A stretch of 64,000 nt of DNA. Source: Epiperipatus broadwayi (taxonomy: Eukaryota; Animalia; Onychophora). This document shows positions 49,151-62,400 of the stretch, one piece after another (position 1 is the stretch's first letter; each line of letters begins with the position of its first letter). Below the pieces are notes generated by a model that saw only the letters and a program-made list of their open reading frames with translations, was not told the DNA's origin and did not search any database. Position numbers and translations under genes: made by a program. The stretch covers positions 31,124,001-31,188,000 of the forward strand of contig JAQFVV010000003.1 of NCBI GenBank assembly GCA_028023455.1, written 5' to 3'.

Positions 49151-51509
49151 GGTCTCATGTTACTCAAGATAGTGTGTGTTCACCTGTATATTTAAAACTT
49201 AAAAGAAAAAGTGGAAATGAATACAAAAAAAAATTATATAATTATATAAAAATAAAATCCTAAAATGACTTGGTATTGATTGAGTAATAATCTTGTTTGA
49301 GATGCTATATTAGTTTTAAAGTACAGTAAAGAATTTAAAAACAAATAGTAGAAATTTCTAATTACCGCAAATAATTTTATTTGACATTTCTGATTTTAAC
49401 AAAAAGGTAAAATATTTTAATGTAACAAAAAAAAAAATTTTTTTAATAACACAAAAATGTTTATTCTTTATAATGCACATTGTAACCTGTTTTAAAGGAT
49501 TAAGACATTTTTAAATTTATTTTAATATTGATATATATAACCCAGAAATAGGATAGTGGTAATTATCTTGTTTGTTTTTTTTTGTTATTCAAGATGGAAA
49601 TAAATTATTTAATTATCTTGTTTTTAAAATTCCATTGTATACTATAAATAGCATGAGTTCAAGCATACTGAATATTATTACATTGGAGAGAATGCAGAAA
49701 ATCAGCTTCTAGTTTTATATTGGTCAAGTTTGAATTCACATAGATGTAAGAAATAGCTTTTCTGATGATAGATAGTACAATATGTAGGAAATAACAACTC
49801 TCCTGGTTGCAGTTCATAAGATTATTGAAATTATTGCATAGAGTTGACAACTGCCTATATTTATTGTTTATATGCAATATATGATAATAAGAAGCTACTC
49901 TATTAATTTTAAGACACTGTAGTGCTGTATTATATATATTGTATCAGTTGCAAAGCAAGATATATAACTAATTGCAGGAGTAGTTAAGAGCTGATTATCA
50001 TTGAGTAACAATTTTCAAAAAAATGAAATTAATAAAAGGAATAGTCAAATAAGTTTTAAAAAAGAACAAAAAAATTTTTTTCTTTACAAATTTAAATTTG
50101 CTTGTGTCCCCTTTACAATTAAAGTTCAGAGTTCAAAAGTCAATTATTCAAACTTTGAAATAAAATATTATTTAAAAAAAGATTTAATTTTGTTTTGTTA
50201 AATGACAAATTTATAAAAAGAATTTTATATTGGAATAAATATTTTGTTGTAATTAATAAAATTTGTTTAAAAAGGAATATGATTAGAAAAATAATAGAAT
50301 ACAATTTATTTATTTTAATCAATGTTGTTTTAAATAAAATGTGATCTTAAATTTTTTATTGAAAGCTAGCATTCTTGTTAATATTTCCAGTCTGTCCTTT
50401 GTTTTATTATCATTATTAATGGCTTGTAAAAACTTTAAGTTTATTTTTTATTAGCAGCCAAGTTATAAACAAAGATAAATATTATAAAATTGACATTATG
50501 GTAGGTAATGCCTGTGTGTGTATCATTTACCCTGGATCAATGTAGCCTGAATTGATTGTTTATTTTTAGCCTGATATGTGATCAAACCTCAACCACTATT
50601 TCTAAATTCTGCTAAACCTATGGTCAAAATTTATTTTTGCAAAGTAATTGTTAACTGAAAGTCCTCTCTTACGTAATATTTGTTTTGGAGAGCTGAAGAA
50701 ATATGATTTAACGAAATATGATTTGAATAAATTGGAACTTGAAGCAGTTAAAGAAATTTAAAAAAAATTATTGTTTCTATATTTTTAAGGATGTTATACA
50801 GCATTTTCAATGCTGAAATAAACTCCATAATGAAAAGCGAACAAAGGAAAAAATGTTAAGCTTATCATGAAAGGGATTTTAAACTGAAGACATTGATAAA
50901 ACTTTAGTGTTTAAAAGAGTGATCACTTGAAGAATGTTAATGTTTAAATACTTATTATTTTATAATTTAATGTGTTTTAAATATTTTATATGTCATATTT
51001 TTTTGTTAGTTATTAGTTTGACCTTCTGTTTCTCTTCTCATAAATTCCACCATTTAAATTATAAATTAAATTTATAATAGCTACAGAGATAAGAGTTCAT
51101 ATTCTACTGAATTAGTTATAATAGTGTTTTTAATAAGACTGATGATGTGGTATATCCTATGGATTTCCCAGTTTGATTTGGTGCTCTGGTTTTTAACCAA
51201 ATATAAATTTGTAATACATAGATGATCTAATTTCCCTTCAGTCATTTAAGTGTGATTAATGGTCTGTAAAGCTTGCATAGTTTATAATATTTTTATTATT
51301 ATAGCTATGACTGACTATTAATATGATTTATGATTGAATGAAATTTATATTTTTTACTTCTGTCTTGTTTCATTTCTGTTATTTGAGTGTGAAATCTCAA
51401 AGATTATTTTAATTGTTAAGCACTAACTTTTCATATCTATATGATTATTATAATTTGTGCTAAATTATCATTGAAGATTACATTTTTCAAATGGCAAGAC
51501 CATTATACT

Positions 51510-51545
51510 TGGCACCTAATGTGTGTGCTTGAGAATGACCCTGAG
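51510..51545 (+). other. Decayed extended primer-binding site complementary to the tRNA-Lys(CUU) 3' end
   Basis: TGGCACCTAATGTGTGTGCTTGAGAATGACCCTGAG versus tRNA-Lys complement TGGCGCCCAACGTGGGGCTCGAACCCACGACCCTGAG; many of the differences are transitions at CpG sites. Confidence 0.6.
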
Positions 51546-52718
51546 TATCTAATAGTAAATAGATGTCATTTATAAATTGGCATCTAACATGAGTGCTTAA
51601 TACTAAATCTGGCTATTTAATAAAAGAATAATAATTTGAGAAATGTGAGATCTGAGAAAAGATTAATAGTTAAAATAATTACTGAGTTAAATTTTATATT
51701 GTTTGAATTTTGATGTTCAGAGCAAATACAAGCATGTAATATAATTAAATGTGCATATTAATAGGGTAAACTTGTGAAATGGCAGATAATAAAATAATCA
51801 GGCAGATAACAATAAATAGGGTGAGAGAATGAAAGGGGGAATGGTCACACCAATTTATTGAATAAAAAATTAAATAATTTTAAAATAGTTTATTAAAAAG
51901 GGTAAATATTGTAGTTAAGTAGTATGTTAATTAGATGCATACTAGATTAAAAGCAAAAATTCAGGCTTCAGAAAAAAAAAGTAGAAAACATTTCCAATGA
52001 AGAGTAAATTAAAGATCAATTAGAAGTCTCAAATAATGAGGATTTATGGCAATGATGAAGGAAATGTTCGAAAATCAAATAAAAGAGATGGACATAAAAT
52101 TTGAAGAACAAAATGAAAAACTAGAAAGTCAAAATAAAGTGACAGCTATAAAGTTTGATAAACTTGCAAATCAAATGAAGAATATGGCCATAAAATCTGA
52201 AGCTCAAAATAAAGAGATGACCATAAAATTTGAAAATCAAAGTAAAATATTAAAAAAAAAATAGAAAGTCAAAATAAAGAGATGGTCAAAAAGACAGTCA
52301 TAAGGTTTGAGAAAATTTTTAAAAAAAGAAGAAATATTGGGAAAAAATAAAAAGTCAAAATAAAGAGACAGCTATAAAATTTGAAAAATAAAATGAAATG
52401 TTTGAAAAATTTGAATGTCGAATTAAAAAGGGATATAAACAGATGAGGGAAGGAATTTAAAAAGAGTTACAAAAAGATTTAACCCAGATTGAGAATAAAG
52501 TTGAAGAGGCTTGCCAAGAAATACAGCAAAATAAAATTAAGTAAGAAAGCAAGATAGAATTGCTTCATGAGGGGTAAAAACAAAAAATCATAGAGTGTTA
52601 GAATAAGCAAATAGTTTATACTTTGTGGCTAATTATGAATCAAAATATATAAAATGCACTAACACGCACAAGCACACAAAGCTAAAACAAATAAAGCAAA
52701 TATATATTATTTTAATAT

Positions 52719-53060
52719 CTATTCATTAAATGGCTGAGCAAAATTGTGGGTTATAAGCTCTTCTCTTACAATCTGAATAGATTTAGCCCTACAAATGGAG
52801 CCGTATAATTCCGAAACATCAATAGTAGCTAATGTAGTGTCTGGGTTCAAAACTAGGTCTTTTATTTTTGCAACAAATTGAAATGAGGAATTTATAGTAT
52901 ATGAACTGAATCCCAAAGCTTGAATGAGCTGTCTGTTAACCCATTTCACCGTATTGGAATAGTGTACTCCTCCAAAATCTAAAATAAGTCGCAATGGAAT
53001 ATCAGCCTTGTGTATTTTGGCATTGGCAAACATCCTTGGAGGAATGGATGCAGACGAATA
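52719..53060 (-). mobile_element. Penelope-like reverse transcriptase fragment nested in the LTR element
   Basis: MFANAKIHKADIPLRLIL...NSSFQFVAKIKDL...LATIDVSELYGSI matches PLE RT YGLPKIHK..PLRPIV...NS..F...I...SFDV.SLFT. Confidence 0.85.
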
Positions 53061-53619
53061 AGTTCATTTAGAAATAACTACTATTGTTGAAAAATTTGAA
53101 AAGATAGAATATAATAAAAACACAGAAAACCAATAGAGATAGAATCTTTTATGAGAGAGATAGATAATAAGATAAGTAGAAAATTAAATCATTTGAATGA
53201 TGCATTTAGACTCCTACATACTGCAGATAGATGTTAACCAATTTTTAAAAATTAGAATTTTGGGGGGCCATGCAGGTAAAGTTCCTATAGAGTGTCAGAG
53301 AATCAAATTATTAGGATAGTAAGGCACAGCTTTCCTAATAATATAGAGCAGATGTCGATTGGTACAGAAGGAAAAACTGTTGAACAGGTTGCTTAGTTAT
53401 TGAATGTGTTTGATAATAGTAAGCCTACATATAATGGCAAAGGAGCAGGAAATTAACCACCAACTGAAAGAGACTTATAAGCAAGAACACAAACCATATG
53501 TGAATTCGATGGAATACTAGGAGTAGAAGAAATTTATGGAAGGGAAAAAGAAAGAGAACAAAAAACCTTTAGTCAGTTTACTTTCATATGAAAAAATGAT
53601 TTTAAATTTGTACCTGTAC

Positions 53620-54240
53620 ATTTATTCAGTGTGTTTGGGTAGGTCAGTGGTATGAGATGGCATGGAGAGTTGAGGGTCATGTGAAAGTCTGAGTTCGAAT
53701 CCCACATACATTACATATATATGCAGGTTTAAGCCTGTATAGTGTATTAATTTACATATTGAAAGGTAATGCATCAAAAGTCTGCCCATCCCTCACATAT
53801 TTCTGTAAAAATGGATTATTCTACTGTACATGAGGGGTCAAAATGATTAAAATGTCAACATGGATAGGATAACATCATTGGCACTAATGTGAGATTTGAC
53901 CATTCCATCATCATATTTTCAATGAAATGGAAGGTTGAAGAGTTGTGGGTTGGAGTAGTTTGAAGCCTGTTAAAATATGAAGATTGGCTATTTTAATATG
54001 AAGCTGAAAGCACTGATTGTATATATGTGTGGAGATGGTAATATGGACTGATGAGTGCTGGTTTAGCATGAAGTGCATTGGTGATTGTTTATCTTTTTTG
54101 GCAAGTCTGTGGTCAGGTGGGTCAGTGGTATGAGATGGCATGGAGAGTTGAGGGTCGTGTGAAAGTCTGAGCTCGAATCCTGCATACATGATATATATAT
54201 ATATGCAGGTTTAAGCCTGTATATTGTATTAATTTGCTAT
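53620..54240 (+). mobile_element. F7 unit (period ~478 nt) with ~120-nt terminal direct repeats containing a tRNA-like A/B-box head, plus one hammerhead
   Basis: GGTCAGTGGTATGAG...GAG(T/C)TCGAATCC...GCAGGTTTAAGCCTGT at 53642 and 54120; the internal part is homologous to 45645-46061. Confidence 0.82.
54044..54083 (+). ncRNA. F7 hammerhead, degenerate copy
   Basis: CTGATGA G TGCT-GGTTT-AGCA T GAAG TGCA TTGG; retains G10.1, but the GAAA core and helix III are damaged. Confidence 0.55.
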
Positions 54241-56348
54241 TGAAGGTGATTTCAAATTTCCTGTCACACTTACTTAATTTCTAGCTCATTATTAAGATTA
54301 TATGTATGAAATTGATAATATTAATGTTTAGTGTAGGAATAAAATCATCCAATATTAAAAGTCTGAATTGACTTATTTTATTTCTAACATGGTTATAGGG
54401 CAATGTATCCGTTTTAAAGCAAGATACATAATTGACTGCAGGAGTAATTAAGTTCTAGTTATCTTTGGCTAACAATTTTAATAAAAAAAAAAAAAGGAAT
54501 AGTCAAATAAATTTTAAAAAAGCAAAAAAAAATTTTTTGTTTACAAATTTAAATTTGCTTGTGTCCTCTCTAAGATTAAAGTTGAAAATTTAAAGGTCAA
54601 TTATTCAAACTTTAAAATAAAATATAATTTAAAAAAATATTTTAGTTAAATGTCAAACTTATATAAAAAAAATTTTTTATATTGGAACGAATATTTTGTT
54701 GTAATTAATAAAATTAGTTTAAAAAGAAATATGATTAAAAAATTAGTCGTCATTAGCGATTAGTATAAACTTTAAGTTTAGTTTTATTAGCAGCCAAGTT
54801 ACGAACAAAGATAAATATTATAAAATGGATATTATGGTTCATGGCAGCTAATTCCTGTGTATGTGTCATTTACCCTGGATTAATGTAGCGTGAATTATTT
54901 ATCTTTGGCTTAATATGTGATCAAATCTCAACTGATATTTCTGAATTCTGCTAAACCTATGGTAAAAATTTATGTTTGCAAAATGATTGTCTGAAAGTCC
55001 TCTCTTACAGATTATTTGTTTTGGAGAAGTGAAGAAATATGATTTAGGAAAATATCTGAATAAATTAAAACTTGAAACAGCTAAAGAAATTAAAAAGAAT
55101 TATTGTTTCTACATTTTCAAGGATGATGTATAGCGTCTTCAATGCTGAAATAGACTTCGTAATGAAAACTAAACAACGAAAAAATGTTAAGCTTAACATA
55201 AAAAGGATTTTAAACTGAAGACGCTTATAAAACTTTAGTGTTTAAAAGGTGATCACTTAAAAGATCGTAATGTTTAAATACTTATTTTATAATTTAACGT
55301 AATGATGTTTTAAATATTTTTTATGTCATATTGTATAATAAAAAATTTTTTTGTTAATTATTAATAAATTACAAAATAAATTTATAATAGTTAGAGCGAT
55401 AAAAATTCATATTCTACTGAATTAGTCATCATAATGTTTTTAATAAAACTGATGGTGTGGTATATCCTCATCTGGATTTCTCAGTTTGGGATGGTGCTCT
55501 GGTTTTTAACCTAATATAAATTTGTAATCCGTAGAGAATCTCATTTTTCTTCAGTCATTTAGGAGTGATTAATGGTCTGGCAAGATGACATAGTTTGTAA
55601 TATTTTAATTATTATAACCATGTTGACCTTTAGTATGATTTATAATTGGAATTAAATTATATTTTTACTCCTATCTTGTGCCATTTCTATTATTGGATTT
55701 GCGTGTGAAATCTCAAAGATTATTTTAATTATTAAGCACTAACTTTTTATATCTATGGACAGCCATATACATACTGTACATGCAGGAGATCTATTTCATA
55801 AGTGGACATAAGAAGCACAGATGAACAAAAATGAAACAGTAAGTAAAATATATGTATATTGAAAATGTTGTAGTATTTCAAACATCAACTTTATATTAAT
55901 AAAAATCTATTTTAACTTATTGCCCATACAAAAGTATCAATCATTGGTTGTACTAATTTAAGAGTAAAACTTCTTAATAAAATTAAAACAATTAAGTGAT
56001 AGCAATGAATTTCAGAAAATATCCTTAAAGGATAAATGTTTAAAACAAAAGAATTTTTGAATAAAAGTAAAGCAGCTGATCAAGGATTAATTAACAGGTG
56101 AAAACATATTTTGAAATCTTTCTTAATGTTTGTAAATGGAAAAAATAAAGCCAAAACAATTTTAAAAGAACTTTCAAGTTGGACTTTTAAAAATAATGCT
56201 TCTTTATTCCCAAAAAAATTATTTATTGCTTAAGGTTTCAAAAAAAAAATTAAAATTGATAATTGATTTTTTTAAATATGAGATTATGTACATGTGTGAA
56301 TATTGTATGCACATTTAACATTTATTATTTAGATATGTTACTAAAACA

Positions 56349-56606
56349 GTGGCTGCAGGAGGGTTGCATTAGATTCTAAGGTCTTGGTGCAGTGCTCTCA
56401 GATCCAAGGCTCCTCACTGACAAAAGCCACAAGCTAGAAACTAGTCTGAGGATATTGGATGAGTAGGCACTAGATAGGATTTTATGCACAAGCCTTCCGC
56501 CATCCATTGATTACTCTGGCTTGCACTGAGTGATACTAGTGTATGGAGAGTTTTGCCTGTTTTAGTAATAGTTATGAGCAAGCATAAGAAATGGTGATCA
56601 TGTGAT
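56349..56606 (+). mobile_element. F1 single 5'-truncated copy
   Basis: Collinear with ~4640-4880 and ends ATGGTGATCATGTGAT. Confidence 0.85.
56411..56452 (+). ncRNA. F1 hammerhead with perfect stem I and alternative stem II pair
   Basis: TCCTCA CTGACAA A AGC-CACAA-GCT A GAAA CTAG TC TGAGGA; core G8 has become A at the CpG. Confidence 0.68.
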
Positions 56607-57702
56607 TAATATTTTATTCATAGTTTTATTACAAACATTTATTATATGCTTGAAAGACTTAAAGACAATATTCAACAGGAATTCACATCAGAATTTATTT
56701 TTGCCCTTTATTTTAGATTTTGTTAAATTATTATTTCTTGAGAGTTTTTCGTTCATTTTTGTTTTGTTTTATAAAATATAACATTTTATTTTATTTTTAA
56801 AAAAACTTTTACTTTTGATTCTTTGAATACTATTTAAATACTTTCAACTATTTTAGTTAGGCATGCCATATTTTTCAAATACTATAATTAAAAAAAGTAA
56901 ACTAAAACTCTCTTTAAAAAATTAAAATTGAACTTATAATTATAAAAAATACCCAATAAAATACTTCAATAATGAATGGCTTTAATGTTTTTTTGAGAGT
57001 ATGTGTTTTTATTCTCTTTTGTTCCTAGTATCAATAAAGATTTACATGTCTAATTTACTCTGAAAGGTTGCAAATATTCATTAACATCAAAATATATGTT
57101 TTACCTATGCATTTAAAAATTAAAATTCGATATTTGAGAATCTAAAAGTGTAAGTTCAACTCCTATGCTAATACTGTCACTGACATCAGCGATTCATATA
57201 TAATTATTTCATTTTCATATTATAAACAAAAGACAAGGTTGCTAGCGTCTTTCAACTCTGAACAGTATCATCTGGGTTTGCTTTTTTAATTTTTATTGGA
57301 TGAAGATTCTTTTCTTTGAAATTTTAGTTTTTGACATCTAGTTACCTAGTAATACACAAAAACTCATAAAATTTCTACTTCTAGAAATTGGAAATGGATT
57401 TCAATTATTAGGTAGAAAACATTAATCAGGTAAAATGTTAATTTTTAAATGAATTTAAAATTATGTATCTACAATACTGTATATGAACTTTAATCATTTC
57501 TGCTTTAATGAGACATTGTCAAAGATTGGCTTTTAATTATATTAATATCTTAATATGTTAATGCTTTATTGTTTTGTTTTTCACAGAGTTATAAATACAA
57601 GGATAGTGGGAAAGAAGCAAATTGGTTGTTATGGTATCAAGAATTTAATATACACATAAAATGTATGTCTTTCTAAATATATGAATTTTATTTTATTTAT
57701 CT

Positions 57703-60700
57703 TTGTTTAGCTTCAACAAGTTTATTCATTGCCAAAAGAAAACATATATAAATTAAAAAAATAACAGTTCTTAGAAATTATTTTATAAGTTCTACTACAG
57801 TCCATAATAAACTTCTGCTTTGGTGATTTATTTCTCATCATGTACCACAAATTTAACTAGTCCTTGTTTACTTGTGCCACCATTTACTGGATTTCATATA
57901 CAAATGCAATATGCATAACTGCTACATATGATGATTCTATATTTTGCTTATTGCCACTACAAACTATAGACTAAGGGCAACATGAAACAAAATTACTAAC
58001 TAAAAGCTACATACACATATCACAGACATCTGTAAGATTGTTTTTTGTACTAATCTGATCCTGTATAAATATATTCTCATTAGTATATATTAATATTAAT
58101 GGCATTCAAATGTGTGTATGATGCTTGTAAATTTTCTAGTGTGATAAATAATAACTAGTAATTAATTCATGTACTGTCTATATTATGATTATTTTAATTT
58201 ACTAATAAACTTTAGTTACAAAATCAATATATAATACATAACTACGATATCATTATCCTCCTCTCCTCACTCTAGAAAATAATCCTGTTAGTCACAAATG
58301 TAGTCTTGCATTTTCATAGGTTTTCTATAAACTCACAACTATCTCAGTGGTGATATAGGTCATTCTTTCTCATGTGCAGTTTTCTTTCTTGTTTAAAATT
58401 TTTTGAGAGATAAATTCTCCACAAGTACATTTTCTTGGTTATTGGCTACAGCTAAATCTATTATCTCTGTCTGATTATCAATGGATGTTTCATTATTTTG
58501 AGCCATTAAAGATATGTTAGTACCCTCTTCTTCTTTAGCCAAGTGTTCACTTTGTTACTCACTGATTTATTTTGGCATTCTCAAATTCTGATGGCTACAT
58601 CTGATGAATCCATAAATGGTTAAAGTGCTTTTTTAATTGAATTCCATTATCCAATTGTTTTAATCTCACTTGACTAGACAATACTTTTAATATTACTCCT
58701 AGAAACCATTTTTTTCTTAAAATGTCTCATATCTATACTAATTCACAGACTGTAAAATTTTTGCAATTAATAAGGTTTACTCCAATCACACTTTTACATG
58801 GTAATAACACTGAAACATGCATGCAAAAAATTCCCACATTAACAATTCTGCTGGGTGATTTTGTAATCATAAGCAGCTAATAAATTAATTCAATAAATCA
58901 TATGCCATATTGTATGTTTGGAAGTGTCTTACAGTTCCCAAATATTCCTAACAATGAGTGATAGTCTGTGCAAATTTTTAAATTTATATCTGTATACATA
59001 TTGATGGAACTTTTTAATAACAAAGACTAAGGGCAGACTTTTTTATAATGCTGAGTATAGTTTTTTCCCATATCTGTTAGTGTTCTTGGTATGTAAACTA
59101 TTGAACATTCTCCTTCATAGCAATAGTGTGAAATGGCAGCTCCCATTCCATATTCTGAAGCATCTGCTATTACTATCACTTCCTGTTCATTACAACAGTG
59201 TAATAGGAGTTCACTGGAATTTAACAAGTCTTTTGCTTCCTAAAAGGCTTTATCATACACTTTATTCTATATCCATTACTAGACCTTTTTAAGCAATTGA
59301 TATAAAATCTCACCACATGCGATTTTCAGAAAACATTAAAAAAAATTAAATAGGCCTAAAAGCACCTGTAAATGTTTTATATTCTTTAGTTTTGCAGCAT
59401 TTTTAATCACTTGACTTTTTCTAGGTTTGGATATTTCCTTTTTTATTAATAACACCCCAGAAACATTATTTCAGAGACAGCCCAAATACATTTTGAAGTC
59501 AAAATACATTTTTAAGTCTTTAACTTTACACCAATTTTTGCAAGTGTAGAACCAACTTCAAACATGCACCTTGCCAAATCATGCTCTGTTTTTGCAGTAA
59601 TTAAAATATCATCTAAATAAGGAATAACTCCTTCTATCTCTTGAAATAAGTTATCCATTTTGGCCTGAAATGTCTTTGTTACAATCCATAAGGTATCTTG
59701 TTACATTTGAATAACTCCAGGTGAGTACTAATGGTAACCAATTCTGTGATTCTATCCATTATTATAATTTGGTGAAAAGTGAACTTTAAATCAATATTTT
59801 CAAAATGAGAGATGTTTTGCCATAATGATAATATCTCATAACAATTGGAATGGGGTAAACTGTCTTATTAATATATCTATTTAGTGTTATGTGATAGTCT
59901 CTGCATAGATAAGTAGTTCCATCCAATTCATTTTAACTATGATGTAGGCCAGGGGTCCCCAACCCTATGCCCGTGGGCACCATGGCACCCGCAGACCATT
60001 ATTTGTGTGCCTGCCACTATTAGAACAAGATAAAAAAATATTTATCTGATACAAATAAATTTAATTTTTAAAATTTGTTATAAATTATTGTATTATATTG
60101 TAATCAAATTGGAGGGCATATTATACTTTTACAGCGTAAAAATATAAACGTTAATTATATGTTAAAATTTTATTTTTGAAATAAATATTTTTTTGTACAT
60201 TTTGTGTATTATTAACAATATCCAACTATAAATTTACATTGAAAAAATAAATTGTGCCCACCATCTGGTTGAAAAAAATAAATGGTGCCCACTGCCTGGC
60301 CAGTAGTATAGAATGTGCTCTTAAGTGCAAAAAGGTTGGGGACCCCTGATGTAGCCTATGATAATTTTTTCACTAGTCTTAAAATGGCAGTATTCACCAA
60401 ATCACTAATAGTCTCTTCTACCTTGAGCTTGAAACCAAATGGCTTTTTGCAAATTTTACACAAATTGACTGAGAATCTTTCACAATTTCAACATCAACAT
60501 ACTGTATTATCAATTCTGAAAATCCTGACTCAAATAATTGTGGATACTTTTTATGGACCTCTGACTCCAGGTGCACTCTTTTAATGATATTTCTACCCAA
60601 TATAAAATTAAAATCTTTTTAACTATAAAAAGTTGTAGGAGTTTCATTTTTGAGTTAATTTTAACCAATACTGTAATGTTGTCATGTATTCCTATTTTAT

Positions 60701-62400
60701 TACCATTTACATCTGTAACTACTACAAAAGTTTTCTTGAGCATCAATTTTCTTTTATACTTTCTACTAATTTATGACCACTCATTCTATGGCATAAGTGC
60801 TAATCCAGCTCTACTATCTATTTCCATTTTAATTTTCTGTTCACAAATATTAACATCCAGCAAGATATGATTTATAATACAAACTTAGCTTGGTTAAATA
60901 TTTTTGTCTTTATTCCATCATACATGTGATAAATGTCCAATTGATTTATAAACACATTTTTCCTTTTTATATTTACAATTTTTTTTTCATGTCGCATTTC
61001 TTGTCACAGCAATAACATTAAAACATTCTTAATGCTCCTGTGGTTTGATGTGTCAATTATTGTTTTGTTTATCAACTATAGGGATTTTATTGGAGTGTGT
61101 GATAATTTGAAATTCCATATCATTTTCCCCCAATACAACTTCCTGTGCTATACATTTTTCAGTCCTTTGCTTGTAATTTAAATCCAGATCACTCAGTAGA
61201 TCTTCCTAAACTTATTATTTGCCATTTCCCATAGAAATTGTTTCAAAAGTATACCATTTAGCTTAGCATTAAAATTACATTTTTTAGATGATACCCTTAA
61301 TGCCATATCATAGTCTTGATTCTTGAGATAGCTGCCATCTATTTGTGAATTTAAAGCATGTCATCCATTTAGAATTGCTGATTTAAATAAGCCATTAATA
61401 TCTTCTTTAAAATCCTGATATGGTATTTTTTCAGGTGATTTTGATCACAGAGTTAGTTTCCCTACTTGCAGGACCTCTTCCTCTAAAAACCACATAAGCA
61501 TCACAACTGTAACTTTTGATTCATCAATTTTATTGATAAATGTGTGTCTTTTAATATATTTAATATACATTTTCTGACCCACTGCAGTATAAATAGCAAA
61601 TTTATGAATAATATTATTATTTAGTAGTGTCATTTTGCTTAGTTGCATGAAATTTTACTAATGTTATATACATTACCAATTTCTTAATCGGGCTATTTCC
61701 CGCATAAGGAATTGCTAAAGCTTTACACAATACTATTTTTGGACAGGTTTTTCCATTGTCAATCTGTGCCATTCTATCTGATTGCACAGGTTTTTCTACA
61801 TCTGTACCATTCTGCTATGTCCCAGAGGTATTTTTAACAATACCAGCTGCATAATCTCAATAAGGTTTATTAAATAAAACTCTACACAAATTAAACTTAA
61901 TAAATAAGTTTATTCACTTGCCAAAAGAAAACATATATAAATAAAAGAATTAACAGTTCTTAAAAAATACTTTGCAATTTCTTCTAGTTAGCTAATTTAC
62001 TTCTCAACATGTACCACAAATTAACTAGTTTTTGTTTACTTGTCCTACTATTTATTAGATTTCTTATACACATACAATATGCATATTGACTCCATATGAT
62101 GATTCTACACTTTGCTTGCTGCCATTACAAATTGTAGACTAAGGGCAACATGGAATAAAATTACTGACTAACAATCACACACATATATCATATATATCTG
62201 CAAGGTTTTATACTAGTCTGTTCCTGCATAATTCTATTTATTAGCATATATTAATAACAATGACACTCAAATGAGTGCATGATGTATGCAAATTTTCTAG
62301 TGTGTTAAATACTAACTAGAGAAATTTGTTCATGCACTATCTGTATTATATTTTACTAGTAGACTTTATTTACAATGTCAATATGTATCACCTAAGCACA
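57703..62400 (-). mobile_element. Decayed Ty3/Gypsy LTR retrotransposon
   Basis: ~520-bp direct repeats ~57716-58250 and ~61905-62400. Minus-strand PPT GAGGAGAGGAGG at ~58257-58268. RNase H fragment VIADASEYGMGAAISH...IVYIPRTL..GKNY (59027-59227); KKYPQLF RT-proximal fragment (60418-60600). Confidence 0.8.
59950..60348. mobile_element. hAT-family MITE nested in the Gypsy element
   Basis: Perfect 15-bp TIRs CAGGGGTCCCCAACC / GGTTGGGGACCCCTG; 8-bp TSD ATGTAGGC/ATGTAGCC (7 of 8). Confidence 0.9.

Larger units (their letters stand above)
49940..55771 (+). mobile_element. Gypsy-like LTR element with long LTRs and gag-like internal region only (non-autonomous), carrying two nested insertions
   Basis: Direct repeats 49940-~51508 and 54405-55771, both starting TGTATC, the 3' copy ending CA. 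tRNA-Lys-like PBS at 51510-51545; purine tract ATAGGGG before the 3' LTR; coiled-coil gag-like remnant ~52040-52600. No pol remnant recognised and no TSD seen. Confidence 0.68.

Noticed and set aside
52046-52264. Coiled-coil ORF as a host gene
   Set aside because: It lies downstream of a PBS between LTRs and is frameshifted, so it is better explained as a gag-like relic.
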